Shown here in pieces: positions 49,375 to 58,895 of a DNA stretch of 64,000 nt. The translations under genes were made by a program, and so were the position numbers. Below the pieces are notes generated by a model, which had not been told where the DNA came from, did not search any database, and worked only from the letters and a program-made list of their open reading frames with translations. The DNA comes from Escherichia phage vB_EcoM_NBG2, in sequence record NC_054925.1, one strand, 5' to 3'. The stretch's first letter is position 1; each line of letters starts with the position of its first letter.

Positions 49375-49689
49375 CTAAAAGAAACTTCTTTCACAATTTT
49401 TTCCACTGAACCATGCGCTTACCGCTTTCTTAGTCTCAGGAGCAGTGTTATCCATAAACCATTCAAAGGCAGCCTTTTTATGATTCTGGAGGGCTTCTCG
49501 GGCTTTAATCTGCTCACGGTCTATTAACACTAACATATGAGCCTTTCTTGTCACCATGGGCTTCTTATGATTTTTTGAATACTCCCAGTCATTTGTCCAT
49601 CGCATTGTCGTTGCAAATTGAAATACAGCTTCTTTAATCTTAGTTTCGTAAATTTCACGAGCCTTTGAGTATAACATCACTACCTCCAT
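49375..49689 (-). CDS. hypothetical protein
   Basis: 104 aa ORF. Confidence 0.5.
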   Translation of the reverse strand: MEVVMLYSKAREIYETKIKEAVFQFATTMRWTNDWEYSKNHKKPMVTRKAHMLVLIDREQIKAREALQNHKKAAFEWFMDNTAPETKKAVSAWFSGKNCERSFF

Positions 49690-49778
49690 TTACCAGTTTA
49701 ATTCTAGTCATCTTTTTAATGGCAGTCCATATAATCTATTTCTGAACTGCCTTTTTGTCATAGAAGTCCTCTTATGAA

Positions 49779-50747
49779 TTATTTCAGAAGAGTAACCTCA
49801 GCAATTTCTTCCCAACCGTTTTTGTCGGTCATAATAAAGTCAGCAAGATAAAGAGCAGTACGCAGTGAAACATTGCGTAAACGATTAACATTGACTTTCA
49901 TCCATGATAATGCTTTATAAGTTTCTTCATCAGAAAGACCGCGCTTTTGCATCATGTCAGTTGAAAGAATAACATCTTCAACCCTGACCATAATTTCTTC
50001 ATTAGTGTGAACACCCAAATCTAAATAAACCGAGCGGGACACTAATGCTTGTAAATGTGGAGCAAGTTTAGTACCGCGGTCTAATTCGCGGTCAATGTCA
50101 ACGTTTGTGATAAAAACAATCGTTCCTTTAAATTCAAACTCACGGTCAATGCCTTTTTCTTCTAAGTAAGAAGATGCAGTGCTCCAGCAGACTTTACGGG
50201 TCTCTCCAGTGTCCAGAGCAGCTTTTAGAAGATTAAGAATGTCCATATCAGAGAAAACATCCACATCATCAATCAAAAGGACAGAGTTCTCTTCACGATT
50301 ATACCAAAGCTGCTCATAAAGACCAATACCAGAGATTTTACCATTAATGCTTTTATATTCAATGTATCCAATATCGTTTGCTTTATTTAAAGCTTTATCT
50401 AAAGAATACGTTTTACCAATACCTGCTGCGCCAGAGATAATTAATGAACGAATATTTCCATTAATAATACCATTCGTCATCATTCCCATAACATTAAATC
50501 TTTTATTAATGCGGGTTTTCATATCTTCATATGATTCTTTAACTTCTTCAACTTTTACACCATCATATGAAATATCTGATTTGTAAACCCAAACACCACG
50601 ACGTTTACCGTCAATTTCAACAAAAACTTTACCATCTCCTTGTGCATCTACCGGAGCATTATCTGGGAACCATTCGCCTAAGAGCTCAAAAGTTCCAGAG
50701 ATTTCTTTACCGAAGTAGATACCCTTATTGATAGTTACAGTTTTCAT
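49779..50747 (-). CDS. P-loop ATPase (AAA-like)
   Basis: Track ORF trimmed to M57 (longer start runs through promoter and hairpin); 322 aa; Walker A GAAGIGKT, Walker B LLIDDVD. Confidence 0.6.
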   Translation of the reverse strand: MKTVTINKGIYFGKEISGTFELLGEWFPDNAPVDAQGDGKVFVEIDGKRRGVWVYKSDISYDGVKVEEVKESYEDMKTRINKRFNVMGMMTNGIINGNIRSLIISGAAGIGKTYSLDKALNKANDIGYIEYKSINGKISGIGLYEQLWYNREENSVLLIDDVDVFSDMDILNLLKAALDTGETRKVCWSTASSYLEEKGIDREFEFKGTIVFITNVDIDRELDRGTKLAPHLQALVSRSVYLDLGVHTNEEIMVRVEDVILSTDMMQKRGLSDEETYKALSWMKVNVNRLRNVSLRTALYLADFIMTDKNGWEEIAEVTLLK

Positions 50748-50781
50748 TTTATTCTCCAAATCCGTATCAGTTGATAGTTGT

Positions 50782-50811
50782 ATAGTACCATAAAGCTTTA
50801 TGCTTGTAAAC
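50782..50811 (-). promoter_or_regulatory. early promoter upstream of P-loop ATPase gene
   Basis: GTTTAC, 18 nt, TGGTACTAT. Confidence 0.55.
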
Positions 50812-50841
50812 AGTTTTGTGAAAAATTTTTGAAATAAAAAA

Positions 50842-50859
50842 GGGAGCCCGAAGGCTCCC
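50842..50859 (-). terminator. hairpin (UUCG loop) preceding early promoter
   Basis: GGGAGCC-CGAA-GGCTCCC. Confidence 0.5.
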
Positions 50860-50862
50860 TTA

Positions 50863-51876
50863 TCATTTATAATAACTTCGGTGGTTTTCAAGATAAACCC
50901 TCTCAAGGAAGTCATCCCAGAAACCCATGTCTACTTTTTGCTGCATACCGTTCTTAGAAGCTTCAATGGATGCTGCTTCTACTTGATCGACCACATCTTC
51001 CAAAAACTCTTGGACAGTTTTAAATGGATGTTTACCCAACTTCACGTCGAGAATAAATGGAGCATCTTGGAGTGGATAAACCAAATCACCAGTTTTGTAA
51101 ATTTCCAATAGTTGGAGTCCACCACGGCAAGCATGACTAAGAGCTTTCCAGTCAATGCCCTCATTCGCTTCAGCCTTACGAGCACGTTCGCCGTATTCAG
51201 CATCTAATTTGTTCAGTGACTGCTTAAGCTCAATAAGAGAAAGCGTTGTCTGATATTTACGACCCAACACAGTATAGAACGTTTGCGGGCCTGTTTTCTC
51301 GTGATTATGGAACACCCATTCACAGAACTCGTTCTCTGGAAGACGATGCTTAATATCTTCAACTTTAGTGCGACGCTGCTTAATGGAACCGTCTTCTTGA
51401 TAATCAACCCACTGATCGGGGATTTGATTAACTACTTTCAATACATCACGCAATGCGGCCAAACGAGAACCCTTAACACCATATTTAGAAGCTTGCTTGC
51501 GAACATATCCTAAATAGGATTTCATGTTAGTTGTATAAAACCGTGAACGATTGTCTTGAATAAACTTCCATACATCAGGCAAATCTGATTTAACTACTAG
51601 TTCAGGTGGAGTGTGGAGCATATCCAATGCTACAGTTTCACCATCTGCTGCTAATTTAAAGAAATACTTAAGACTGTATAGTTCATGGTCAATATCATCT
51701 TTAGTGTTTTTAGATGATGTGTTGTTAGTGTTTTTACTCATATGCTCTTTAACATTTCCGATAAGAATATCGCGAGCAGGAGGAACAAAGATTTCTTTAA
51801 AATCTACATCAGATTCTGGAGTAGAAGTTCCATAAAGATGACTACCAAAATAGCTTTTCATTACTGTTTTCATCAT
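50863..51876 (-). CDS. putative nucleotidyltransferase (Pol-beta-like fold)
   Basis: 337 aa; N-terminal GSHLYGTSTPESDVDF and downstream DMLH acidic residue. Confidence 0.5.
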   Translation of the reverse strand: MMKTVMKSYFGSHLYGTSTPESDVDFKEIFVPPARDILIGNVKEHMSKNTNNTSSKNTKDDIDHELYSLKYFFKLAADGETVALDMLHTPPELVVKSDLPDVWKFIQDNRSRFYTTNMKSYLGYVRKQASKYGVKGSRLAALRDVLKVVNQIPDQWVDYQEDGSIKQRRTKVEDIKHRLPENEFCEWVFHNHEKTGPQTFYTVLGRKYQTTLSLIELKQSLNKLDAEYGERARKAEANEGIDWKALSHACRGGLQLLEIYKTGDLVYPLQDAPFILDVKLGKHPFKTVQEFLEDVVDQVEAASIEASKNGMQQKVDMGFWDDFLERVYLENHRSYYK

Positions 51877-52334
51877 TCAGCCTTATATTCAATAACAGGA
51901 CATACTTTAGCTTTACGAGCTTTTAAAAATTCGACGATAATAGATTTCTTGGGTTGAATAGGAGGTAAACCTTTATACGCCCTATCAATATTTTCTACAT
52001 GTAAAGCATAATCCTTTTTCCATTTATAATCTTTATATTTTTCATGCAGTTGTGCAGGAATAACACATGAACCGATAATAAGTAAAACAAGCAAAATAGC
52101 AAGTATAAATGCTGATGGAATAAGAGTCCATAAACTACCAAAAATAAGCCATTTCTGTATGATTTCTGCACAGATGATAGTTAGACCTGCGAGTATAGTA
52201 CATCCGAAAAAAGAAACGAAAAATGTAGGAATAACAATAGACCAAAAATACGCGCACAGTGTCTTAGGTCGTTTCCATTCATCATTAAACATTTTGAATA
52301 ATTTATAATGCCAAGAGTTTTCATTAATAATCAT
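51873..52334 (-). CDS. membrane protein
   Basis: 153 aa; 3-4 hydrophobic helices. Confidence 0.5.
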   Translation of the reverse strand: MIINENSWHYKLFKMFNDEWKRPKTLCAYFWSIVIPTFFVSFFGCTILAGLTIICAEIIQKWLIFGSLWTLIPSAFILAILLVLLIIGSCVIPAQLHEKYKDYKWKKDYALHVENIDRAYKGLPPIQPKKSIIVEFLKARKAKVCPVIEYKAE

Positions 52335-52336
52335 AA

Positions 52337-52858
52337 TTATCCTTTCATTGAAGGTGTAACAGTTGTTAAATACTTAATCATAGCTTCAGCTTCTGATTTT
52401 GATAATGAAATTTCTCCATTGTTTTGACGAATAGAAATAAAATCCGGATGACGGTCACCACCAGCTTTTAAAACACACATATAAGTATCAGTTTCATCTT
52501 CAATATTTGAAATGATTGAAGCAGTTCCACATGAATGTGGTTTTTGATAAATCAATACAGCTTTTCTTCCACCGTTTGACTGTTCATAAACTTTTAACAC
52601 ATCAAACAAATCACTTCTTTTATCAATAGCTAAGATGTTGTTTTCATCTTCAATGTTAAATCCTTCGGATACTTCATAAAGCGTTACCCATAAATCACCT
52701 ATATCGATAGTAGCATTTTCCTTTCCATGACTTTCAAGAGCATGACAAATTTTCTTGATTTCATCATAACTCATTTTAATAATATCATCTCCTTGAATAA
52801 GGAAGATGTCATTTTTAAATTCAACACGAATTAAACCGCTTCCACTTGAAATAAACAT
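52337..52858 (-). CDS. hypothetical protein, paralog of 52865-53431
   Basis: 173 aa; C-terminal SKSEAEAMIKYLTTVTPSM resembles TKDEAIALKTYLDSVIPTM of neighbour. Confidence 0.5.
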   Translation of the reverse strand: MFISSGSGLIRVEFKNDIFLIQGDDIIKMSYDEIKKICHALESHGKENATIDIGDLWVTLYEVSEGFNIEDENNILAIDKRSDLFDVLKVYEQSNGGRKAVLIYQKPHSCGTASIISNIEDETDTYMCVLKAGGDRHPDFISIRQNNGEISLSKSEAEAMIKYLTTVTPSMKG

Positions 52859-52864
52859 ATTTCC

Positions 52865-53431
52865 TCACTTTGAAATCATAGTTGGAATGACAGAATCAAG
52901 ATAAGTCTTTAGCGCAATAGCTTCGTCTTTTGTAAATGTAACAATATGTGCTCGAAAATCGTCAATTTGGCGAATAGTTAAGACATCTCCTTCTTCATAA
53001 CATTTTGATACATTTAAAACAGTTTCATCATTCTGATCGCACTGATCGCAAGCGTTAGTAATAATAGCATTGCAATTTTTGAGCCATTTTAAACTATGTT
53101 TTCTTTCATTAGAATAATAAAAATATTTAATCTTAGCTATAAAACTATCCCAATGGATAACTGATAAACACATTGACTCACTTTTAATATTAAATCCTGG
53201 GCATGAAGAATAAAAATGAATTTTGTGCTCATCATTGATGCTTACTATTTTATCAGTATAAGGATATTCAATTTGGATTAAATGAACGATTTCACTAGGC
53301 GTAAAATATAGCATATCGTCTTCTTGCGTCAAACGATACATGTTATTTACTTTTTCTATAGCCAATTCACCAAAAAGCGGACTAACTTCTAATACTAATC
53401 GTTTCATATTGATTCTCTTCGACTCACTCAC
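52865..53431 (-). CDS. hypothetical protein, paralog of 52337-52858
   Basis: 188 aa; shared C-terminal motif. Confidence 0.5.
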   Translation of the reverse strand: MSESKRINMKRLVLEVSPLFGELAIEKVNNMYRLTQEDDMLYFTPSEIVHLIQIEYPYTDKIVSINDEHKIHFYSSCPGFNIKSESMCLSVIHWDSFIAKIKYFYYSNERKHSLKWLKNCNAIITNACDQCDQNDETVLNVSKCYEEGDVLTIRQIDDFRAHIVTFTKDEAIALKTYLDSVIPTMISK

Positions 53432-53566
53432 AATTACATACTCCTTTGAATAATATCAATAATGTTGTTCACCAGATTATAAGTAAACATTGGGTAATTA
53501 TATTGAATCATCACATACACAACAAACAAAACTTTCATTCTCTTCTCCTTGACCGTTGACAAGATT

Positions 53567-53596
53567 ACTATACCATAACCTTGTCAACTTGTAAAC
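53567..53596 (-). promoter_or_regulatory. early promoter
   Basis: GTTTAC, 18 nt, TGGTATAGT. Confidence 0.5.
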
Positions 53597-53761
53597 CATT
53601 AAATGACGTTTTCAATAAAATTCTGAAGCTTTGTGTGAGCATCAACCATAATTTTCATTTCTTCCTTTGCGAAAGCTGTACCTCTTTCCCGAGCAGAATA
53701 CTCATAGTCAGAAACTGCATTAGCATATTCTTCAATTAGCTTCATTAAAAACATTTGCTTT

Positions 53762-53956
53762 TCAGTTTTCATTATTCCACCTAATCATTTCAAGATATTG
53801 AACTAACTTAGCTTTGGATTTATCCAAATCCTTTTTAGCTGCTTCTATACCGTCGTATGAATATCCTTCACAGTGCTCAACTGCCAATTGATATGAATCT
53901 ATTTCAATATCACGTGCTAATTTAATGATTTTTTCAAACTGTTCACGTGTTAGCAT
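53762..53956 (-). CDS. hypothetical protein
   Basis: 64 aa ORF. Confidence 0.4.
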   Translation of the reverse strand: MLTREQFEKIIKLARDIEIDSYQLAVEHCEGYSYDGIEAAKKDLDKSKAKLVQYLEMIRWNNEN

Positions 53957-53958
53957 AA

Positions 53959-54198
53959 TTAAACTCTCGTATTATGATCGATAATTTCATCAAGAAACAT
54001 ATCTAACGCTTCTAAAGCATTATCAACTTTAGCTTCAAATTTTTCAATACCTTTATTTGCAATGCCTGCCGAAAACCAAGCAAAGTCACTAAGTTCCTCA
54101 TCTGCTTTGCGAATTAAAGCTACCAATTCTTTAATTTTATCTGCTTGTTCAATTCTAGTCATTATTCCACCACATATGAAAGAGAGAATATTGCACAC
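53959..54198 (-). CDS. hypothetical protein
   Basis: 79 aa ORF. Confidence 0.4.
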   Translation of the reverse strand: MCNILSFICGGIMTRIEQADKIKELVALIRKADEELSDFAWFSAGIANKGIEKFEAKVDNALEALDMFLDEIIDHNTRV

Positions 54199-54350
54199 GC
54201 CATATGAGTTGCAGCTTCATCACACATATCATAACGTTTCTTAAGAAGTTCTACAAGTTCTTCACTAGTAACTTCATCCATGTCGACGAAAAAATCACCA
54301 TTAATGATGACGTAGATATTTCCTTCTTGATTAAGTGCTTCAATTTTCAT
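54162..54350 (-). CDS. hypothetical protein
   Basis: Trimmed to M16 with GAGGAG SD; 62 aa. Confidence 0.4.
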   Translation of the reverse strand: MKIEALNQEGNIYVIINGDFFVDMDEVTSEELVELLKKRYDMCDEAATHMACAIFSLSYVVE

Positions 54351-54378
54351 GATGTTCTCCTCTTTATCCGATAGTTGT

Positions 54379-54408
54379 ATAGTATCACAGCTCAAATGGA
54401 AAGTAAAC
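54379..54408 (-). promoter_or_regulatory. early promoter
   Basis: GTTTAC, 18 nt, TGATACTAT. Confidence 0.5.
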
Positions 54409-54423
54409 CGGTAAAATGAAAAA

Positions 54424-54441
54424 AGTCTCCCGAAGGAGACT
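54424..54441 (-). terminator. hairpin (UUCG loop) preceding early promoter
   Basis: AGTCTCC-CGAA-GGAGACT. Confidence 0.5.
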
Positions 54442-54445
54442 AATG

Positions 54446-54832
54446 TTATTCGAGGGAAAGAAGATATTTACTCTGGTAAAACATCCCAGTAATATCATCT
54501 ATCGTGCTTTGAATGGCTGGAGGCATTTCTTTATAAATGCTGTTAGATTGGTCTAGTATGCGATCAATCATTTTAATTGTGTCAGTAGGAAGTTTACTGG
54601 CATCTGGAATAGAAGGCGTGTATTTTCTACCAGAATACCCCAAATATTGCTCACCAAATTTATCAATCAAATCTGGCAACTCAGAGAAAATAAAATCGTA
54701 TGCTTTGTGTCTAGCATAACTTTTAGTTTCAAAATGCGCAGAATGAAAATAAGCTTGTGTAGCCATTAATAAACCTAAGTATTCATCTGCCTTTGAAGGT
54801 TTTCCACTTTGTGAAAAGTCGCTGAATTTCAT
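54446..54832 (-). CDS. hypothetical protein
   Basis: 128 aa ORF upstream of rI. Confidence 0.5.
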   Translation of the reverse strand: MKFSDFSQSGKPSKADEYLGLLMATQAYFHSAHFETKSYARHKAYDFIFSELPDLIDKFGEQYLGYSGRKYTPSIPDASKLPTDTIKMIDRILDQSNSIYKEMPPAIQSTIDDITGMFYQSKYLLSLE

Positions 54833-55122
54833 TCAGTCTCCAATTTAATGTTCATAATTCTAGCGTATGATTGTGCCATCTCCGCGCCTCGCTCTATACA
54901 TTCAAAATCGGAAGAGCACGGGTCATTTTTATAAGTCGTTCGCATAAAACTATAGAACTGTTCAGATGATTCTACGCTTTTGTTTTCAAAAAGCATATAA
55001 ACGTGTCTAATACCAGATTCCATAAATTTATCAAAATGAGGATCGACATTCGCTTCAATTGGTGGAGATAAAGCAAACGCTAATCCTAGCATGGCAAATA
55101 GTGCCGTTGCTTTTAAGGCCAT
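54829..55122 (-). CDS. rI: lysis-inhibition regulator rI (periplasmic)
   Basis: 97 aa; N-terminal signal-anchor MALKATALFAMLGLAFALSPPIEA; size and position next to tk. Confidence 0.7.
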   Translation of the reverse strand: MALKATALFAMLGLAFALSPPIEANVDPHFDKFMESGIRHVYMLFENKSVESSEQFYSFMRTTYKNDPCSSDFECIERGAEMAQSYARIMNIKLETE

Positions 55123-55134
55123 AAAGGCCTCCTA

Positions 55135-55347
55135 TCATTTTTGTCCTGTATTTACTTTATGCCGATGCACGGCCTTAACTTTATCAAGGTATTTTTCAAA
55201 ATTTCGCAATCTAGTATAGTCTGCCGGAGATTGGTTGAGTGATACTTCTCGACGCAAAGCTGAAATGATATTTCCAACTTCCCTACGAATTTCATCTAAT
55301 TGAAGCACAGTAAGATTGCGAAGTTGCTTTTCAGTTAATTGTAGCAT
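55135..55347 (-). CDS. hypothetical protein
   Basis: 70 aa; TATAAATA-like late promoter upstream. Confidence 0.45.
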
Positions 55348-55372
55348 ATATACCCCTTTAGTTAGATAAACC

Positions 55373-55380
55373 TATTTATA
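55373..55380 (-). promoter_or_regulatory. late promoter TATAAATA upstream of rI-region genes
   Basis: exact TATAAATA on minus strand. Confidence 0.4.
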
Positions 55381-55389
55381 ACTTTTGCA

Positions 55390-55971
55390 CTAACCGAGCT
55401 TTTTAGTTAATTCATTCCAATGTTTTCTACACAAAGAAACATAAATTTCATCACCAATACAGATTTGATTACCTTCTTTAACTGGTGTTCCATCTTCCGT
55501 TAATCGAGCTGTCATAATCGCTTTTTTACCGCAATGACAAACCGCCTTTAGTTCAATAAGTTTATCTGCAATCGCTAAAAGTTCTTTAGAACCTTCAAAC
55601 AATTTTCCAGCGAAATCAGTCCTTAATCCATAAGCCATAACAGGAACATTATATGTATCAACAATTCGACTTAATTGATGCACCTGTTCAGTTTTTAAAA
55701 ACTGAGCTTCATCTACAAATACGCAATGAATATCTTTTTGTGCTTCAGCCCATTTATAGAACTCGAAAATATCCATATCATCTGTAATAATATTTGCTTC
55801 CTGCCTAATTCCAATGCGAGAAACGACTTCACAGACAGAATCGCGAGTATCAATAGCAGGCTTAAGAACTAATACACTCATTCCACGTTCTTTATAATTA
55901 TGTGCAGCAGTCAAAAGAGAAGCAGATTTTCCAGCATTCATTGCTGCATAAGTAAAAATTAAACTCGCCAT
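55390..55971 (-). CDS. tk: thymidine kinase
   Basis: 193 aa; P-loop AAMNAGKS; C-terminal Zn-binding Cys pairs. Confidence 0.85.
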   Translation of the reverse strand: MASLIFTYAAMNAGKSASLLTAAHNYKERGMSVLVLKPAIDTRDSVCEVVSRIGIRQEANIITDDMDIFEFYKWAEAQKDIHCVFVDEAQFLKTEQVHQLSRIVDTYNVPVMAYGLRTDFAGKLFEGSKELLAIADKLIELKAVCHCGKKAIMTARLTEDGTPVKEGNQICIGDEIYVSLCRKHWNELTKKLG

Positions 55972-55980
55972 ATCACCTTC

Positions 55981-56166
55981 TTAAAGCGTATTCACATAAG
56001 CTATTAATTCATTTTCTTTCTTATCAAACCGATCAGCAAATTCTTCCTGCTGTTCGGGAGATAACGGGCCGTATTCATCATAAAAGGTGTTTGCTTCTGT
56101 ATGCTCATCTAGAAGTTCATGGATAAGCTCAAATAATTTATCTTTTTGTTCTTTACTCAGACTCAT
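55981..56166 (-). CDS. hypothetical acidic protein
   Basis: 61 aa ORF. Confidence 0.45.
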   Translation of the reverse strand: MSLSKEQKDKLFELIHELLDEHTEANTFYDEYGPLSPEQQEEFADRFDKKENELIAYVNTL

Positions 56167-56336
56167 ATATTAATTTCCAAAAGTTTTAAAATAATTCGCT
56201 TTTGCTTAAATATTTCCACAGTTAAATGATCAGTATCTTTTTGACCGATTCCAATGGCAAAACCTTTATTAACAGCGAGTTCAATTAAATTATCAAGCTC
56301 ACGTAACACTTCGTATTGTAACTCAGAACTATTCAT
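56163..56336 (-). CDS. small hypothetical ORF (57 aa)
   Basis: hand-translated; ATGA overlaps at both ends; coordinates anchored to flanking track ORFs. Confidence 0.35.
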   Translation of the reverse strand: MNSSELQYEVLRELDNLIELAVNKGFAIGIGQKDTDHLTVEIFKQKRIILKLLEINI

Positions 56337-56539
56337 TTCGGTTTACCTTCTTTAACGAAATCTGAATAAGGATAAAATCCCGAATAAAATCCTTCACCTT
56401 TATGATTGATGCATCCTTTATTAGAACAATAGCACCAATAATCGAAATCACAAACCATTTCATCGTTGCATAAAGCAAAAACAACCGGCCACTTACACTT
56501 TTCACAATGGGCATTTTTAAGAATACTAGTTTGGCTCAT
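56333..56539 (-). CDS. Cys-rich small protein
   Basis: Trimmed to M8 (ATGA overlap with upstream stop); many Cys (CEKC, CNDEMVCDFDYWCYC). Confidence 0.4.
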   Translation of the reverse strand: MSQTSILKNAHCEKCKWPVVFALCNDEMVCDFDYWCYCSNKGCINHKGEGFYSGFYPYSDFVKEGKPK

Positions 56540-56763
56540 AACCATGTCACCTTCAAGCAATATTCTTCTACGTGCTGTTTGCGACCTTTCTTATCAATAA
56601 AGGTATATTCAACGAATGTTCCAATGTAGTCTTTATCTACATCATGTAGGCTATTAATTGGGCATTTAGTACGGCAAATGCGTTCCCATTGACGAATAAT
56701 TACTGCCTTATTCTTTGGGTCATATGGATGTGGATAATGTATATTCATAATAACGGTTCCCAA
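56536..56763 (-). CDS. hypothetical protein
   Basis: 75 aa ORF (TTG start in track). Confidence 0.4.
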   Translation of the reverse strand: MGTVIMNIHYPHPYDPKNKAVIIRQWERICRTKCPINSLHDVDKDYIGTFVEYTFIDKKGRKQHVEEYCLKVTWL

Positions 56764-57212
56764 TCAACAATCACAATTTCTAATTTAGAGGAATATGTAT
56801 CTAAAATCCCCTCAATAATATCCCAGTTCCCTTTACCTATGCCTGCACCAATCCTAGGCATATAGATTGTAGGTTTAATCAGTTTATTTTCACCAAACTC
56901 ATTTAATTCTAACATACAATTCATTAAAGCGGAATACTCAAAATTTGGCCCTGGTTGAAATTGAGTATAAAGATTAAAGCAGTAAGCTTTATGAGTCCTA
57001 AAGTATTTTTCATAAACTGAGTAAGAACCAAGTTTAGTTACATCACCCCATTCAGTCTGTAATTTATCAGCTTCCAAAATTTTAGGGAAAGCTTTAGTTA
57101 ATTGACCCGCTACGCCTGAACCCATAGTATGAAAACAATTGCATCCATGCGCAATATTTTTACCTTCAGCGAAAAGGGCGACAATATCGCCCTTGATATA
57201 TTTTACAATCAT
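56745..57212 (-). CDS. macro-domain protein (ADP-ribose binding/processing)
   Basis: 155 aa; N-terminal IKGDIV...AHGCNCFHTMGSGVAGQL resembles macro-domain glycine-rich site. Confidence 0.55.
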   Translation of the reverse strand: MIVKYIKGDIVALFAEGKNIAHGCNCFHTMGSGVAGQLTKAFPKILEADKLQTEWGDVTKLGSYSVYEKYFRTHKAYCFNLYTQFQPGPNFEYSALMNCMLELNEFGENKLIKPTIYMPRIGAGIGKGNWDIIEGILDTYSSKLEIVIVDWEPLL

Positions 57213-57550
57213 CTAGTACTCAATCCTCGATTATAAGAATCTACCAAACGGTCAACCATTGAATGACAAGCGGCTTTATCTTTCTCCTCCGCAACTGAAC
57301 ATTCTAAGGTATTCCACTTTTTAGCATATCGTTTTAATAATGTATCGTTTTTGTATCTGCTTGATTTATCTCTTTCTCCGTCTTTATATGCATATATTAA
57401 TTTCTGTGCAAATTCAGCTTGGCATGCTTTATTTTTCCCACAATAATCTGCCGCAGTGCGGTTTACATATTCTCTAATTTCAGTATATGATGTATCTGCT
57501 GACGCAGAAAATGAAATTAATCCTATACATAAAACCAAAATTTTAGTCAT
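57209..57550 (-). CDS. secreted hypothetical protein
   Basis: 113 aa; signal peptide MTKILVLCIGLISFSASA. Confidence 0.5.
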   Translation of the reverse strand: MTKILVLCIGLISFSASADTSYTEIREYVNRTAADYCGKNKACQAEFAQKLIYAYKDGERDKSSRYKNDTLLKRYAKKWNTLECSVAEEKDKAACHSMVDRLVDSYNRGLSTR

Positions 57551-58088
57551 TTACTATTTCCAAAAGTTTATTATTTTTAAGGTAATTAGCCTTTTCTAGG
57601 ACTTCAGAAGCATATTTAGAACCTGCTTTAACATTCCATCCCGAATTATAAGAGGATATTGCTTTTCTTATATCGCCCTTATGTATATTTAACCAATAAG
57701 AAAGTTCAATGTACGCCCAGGAAGCTGAATTGGACCGTTTATTCAACATTCTTTTTATTTCAGCATCGGTCATATTATAACCAAGTTCCTTAACTCTTGC
57801 TCGCATAGTAGGCAAATAATTTTGGAACATTCCATAAGCGTGATGCTTTGGTTTAGATTTTAAATTAACTCCGCCAGAGCTTTCTTGCCATAAAATAGCA
57901 GCCATTATATGACCTAATCCGCTCTTGTGGATATTTTTGTGTGTTTTATATTTTCCATCCTTAGAAAATTGTTCCCCGAATTGATACGCGTAACGCATGT
58001 TATCGAGTTGGACATTACTGAAAGTATGCTCGGAGCTATGTGCCATCATTGAAATGGCCAATAGACCAGCGAGTAGTGCTTTTCTCAT
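57543..58088 (-). CDS. SLT-domain lytic transglycosylase-like protein, secreted
   Basis: 181 aa; signal peptide; QESSGG...AYGMFQ resembles the ES-GLMQ motif. Confidence 0.55.
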   Translation of the reverse strand: MRKALLAGLLAISMMAHSSEHTFSNVQLDNMRYAYQFGEQFSKDGKYKTHKNIHKSGLGHIMAAILWQESSGGVNLKSKPKHHAYGMFQNYLPTMRARVKELGYNMTDAEIKRMLNKRSNSASWAYIELSYWLNIHKGDIRKAISSYNSGWNVKAGSKYASEVLEKANYLKNNKLLEIVND

Positions 58089-58095
58089 GCTTACC

Positions 58096-58557
58096 TCATT
58101 GAGTTTTAATTACTGCTTTAGAAGCCTTTCCTGGTAAACGACGACTATTGATAATTGCCATCCTGCATTGAAGCGACGGGTCTTTGAACTTCGCATTAGG
58201 TTTACAAACTGTAAATCCAAGCCAAAGATTTCCATCTGTGATTTCTAAACGTCCAGGACGGTATTCAACCCCATCAATAAAATCCTCATCAATGTCAGGA
58301 CGCGGAGGCATACTCAGGAATTCATTAACTTCTAAAACATGGTCTTTTATTTTGTGGAATAATTCAAAAACATATGTCTCATCAATCTCCCGTTGAATTG
58401 CACGATCAAGAAGATGCTGAGAATATTTTAGATGAAACGATGAGACCCCTGCTGCTTTTGATGCCTCACGAATCTCATTGTTAATTTGACGAAACTCCGA
58501 CTCAAAATGACGACGAAGCTTATTTCGACGGATAAAAACTTCTGTATTGATAGTCAT
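58096..58557 (-). CDS. regB: endoribonuclease RegB
   Basis: 153 aa; size and position as T4 RegB; early promoter upstream. Confidence 0.75.
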   Translation of the reverse strand: MTINTEVFIRRNKLRRHFESEFRQINNEIREASKAAGVSSFHLKYSQHLLDRAIQREIDETYVFELFHKIKDHVLEVNEFLSMPPRPDIDEDFIDGVEYRPGRLEITDGNLWLGFTVCKPNAKFKDPSLQCRMAIINSRRLPGKASKAVIKTQ

Positions 58558-58584
58558 GTTGTTCTCCTCTTAACTGATAGAAAA

Positions 58585-58614
58585 ATTATACCACAGTCAA
58601 GAGGAAAAGTAAAC
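58585..58614 (-). promoter_or_regulatory. early promoter upstream of regB
   Basis: GTTTAC, 18 nt, TGGTATAAT. Confidence 0.55.
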
Positions 58615-58616
58615 AG

Positions 58617-58895
58617 TTATTCTTTAAATCTAATCAATTTATTCATAGACTTTGAAACTTCTGCACGAACCTCATGTAGATTTTTGAGCTGTTCAAGACG
58701 CTGCGTATAGTAAGCAATTTCATCTTCTTCGAGACAGTCCTGTGAATCTTCTTTAAGATACCGTGCATAGTCCTGGAAAGCGTTACGGACTACTTCCTGG
58801 AAGTCATCAAGACTTTGAATTTTCTTAGGAGCAGCAGACACACGACGAGGGGCAGTATAATACTCATAACCAAACCCTGCGCTTAATTGAGCCAT
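58617..58895 (-). CDS. hypothetical protein
   Basis: Trimmed to M15 (TAATG coupling); 92 aa. Confidence 0.45.
   Translation of the reverse strand: MAQLSAGFGYEYYTAPRRVSAAPKKIQSLDDFQEVVRNAFQDYARYLKEDSQDCLEEDEIAYYTQRLEQLKNLHEVRAEVSKSMNKLIRFKE

Noticed and set aside
53434-53538. 34-aa hydrophobic mini-ORF with a strong AAGGAG SD downstream of an early promoter
   Set aside because: Too short and unsupported to call as a gene; may be a leader peptide or chance ORF.
56329-56514. 61-aa ORF in an alternative frame
   Set aside because: It overlaps the Cys-rich ORF (56333-56539), which fits the ATGA coupling pattern at both ends; only one frame can be coding and the coupled frame is preferred.
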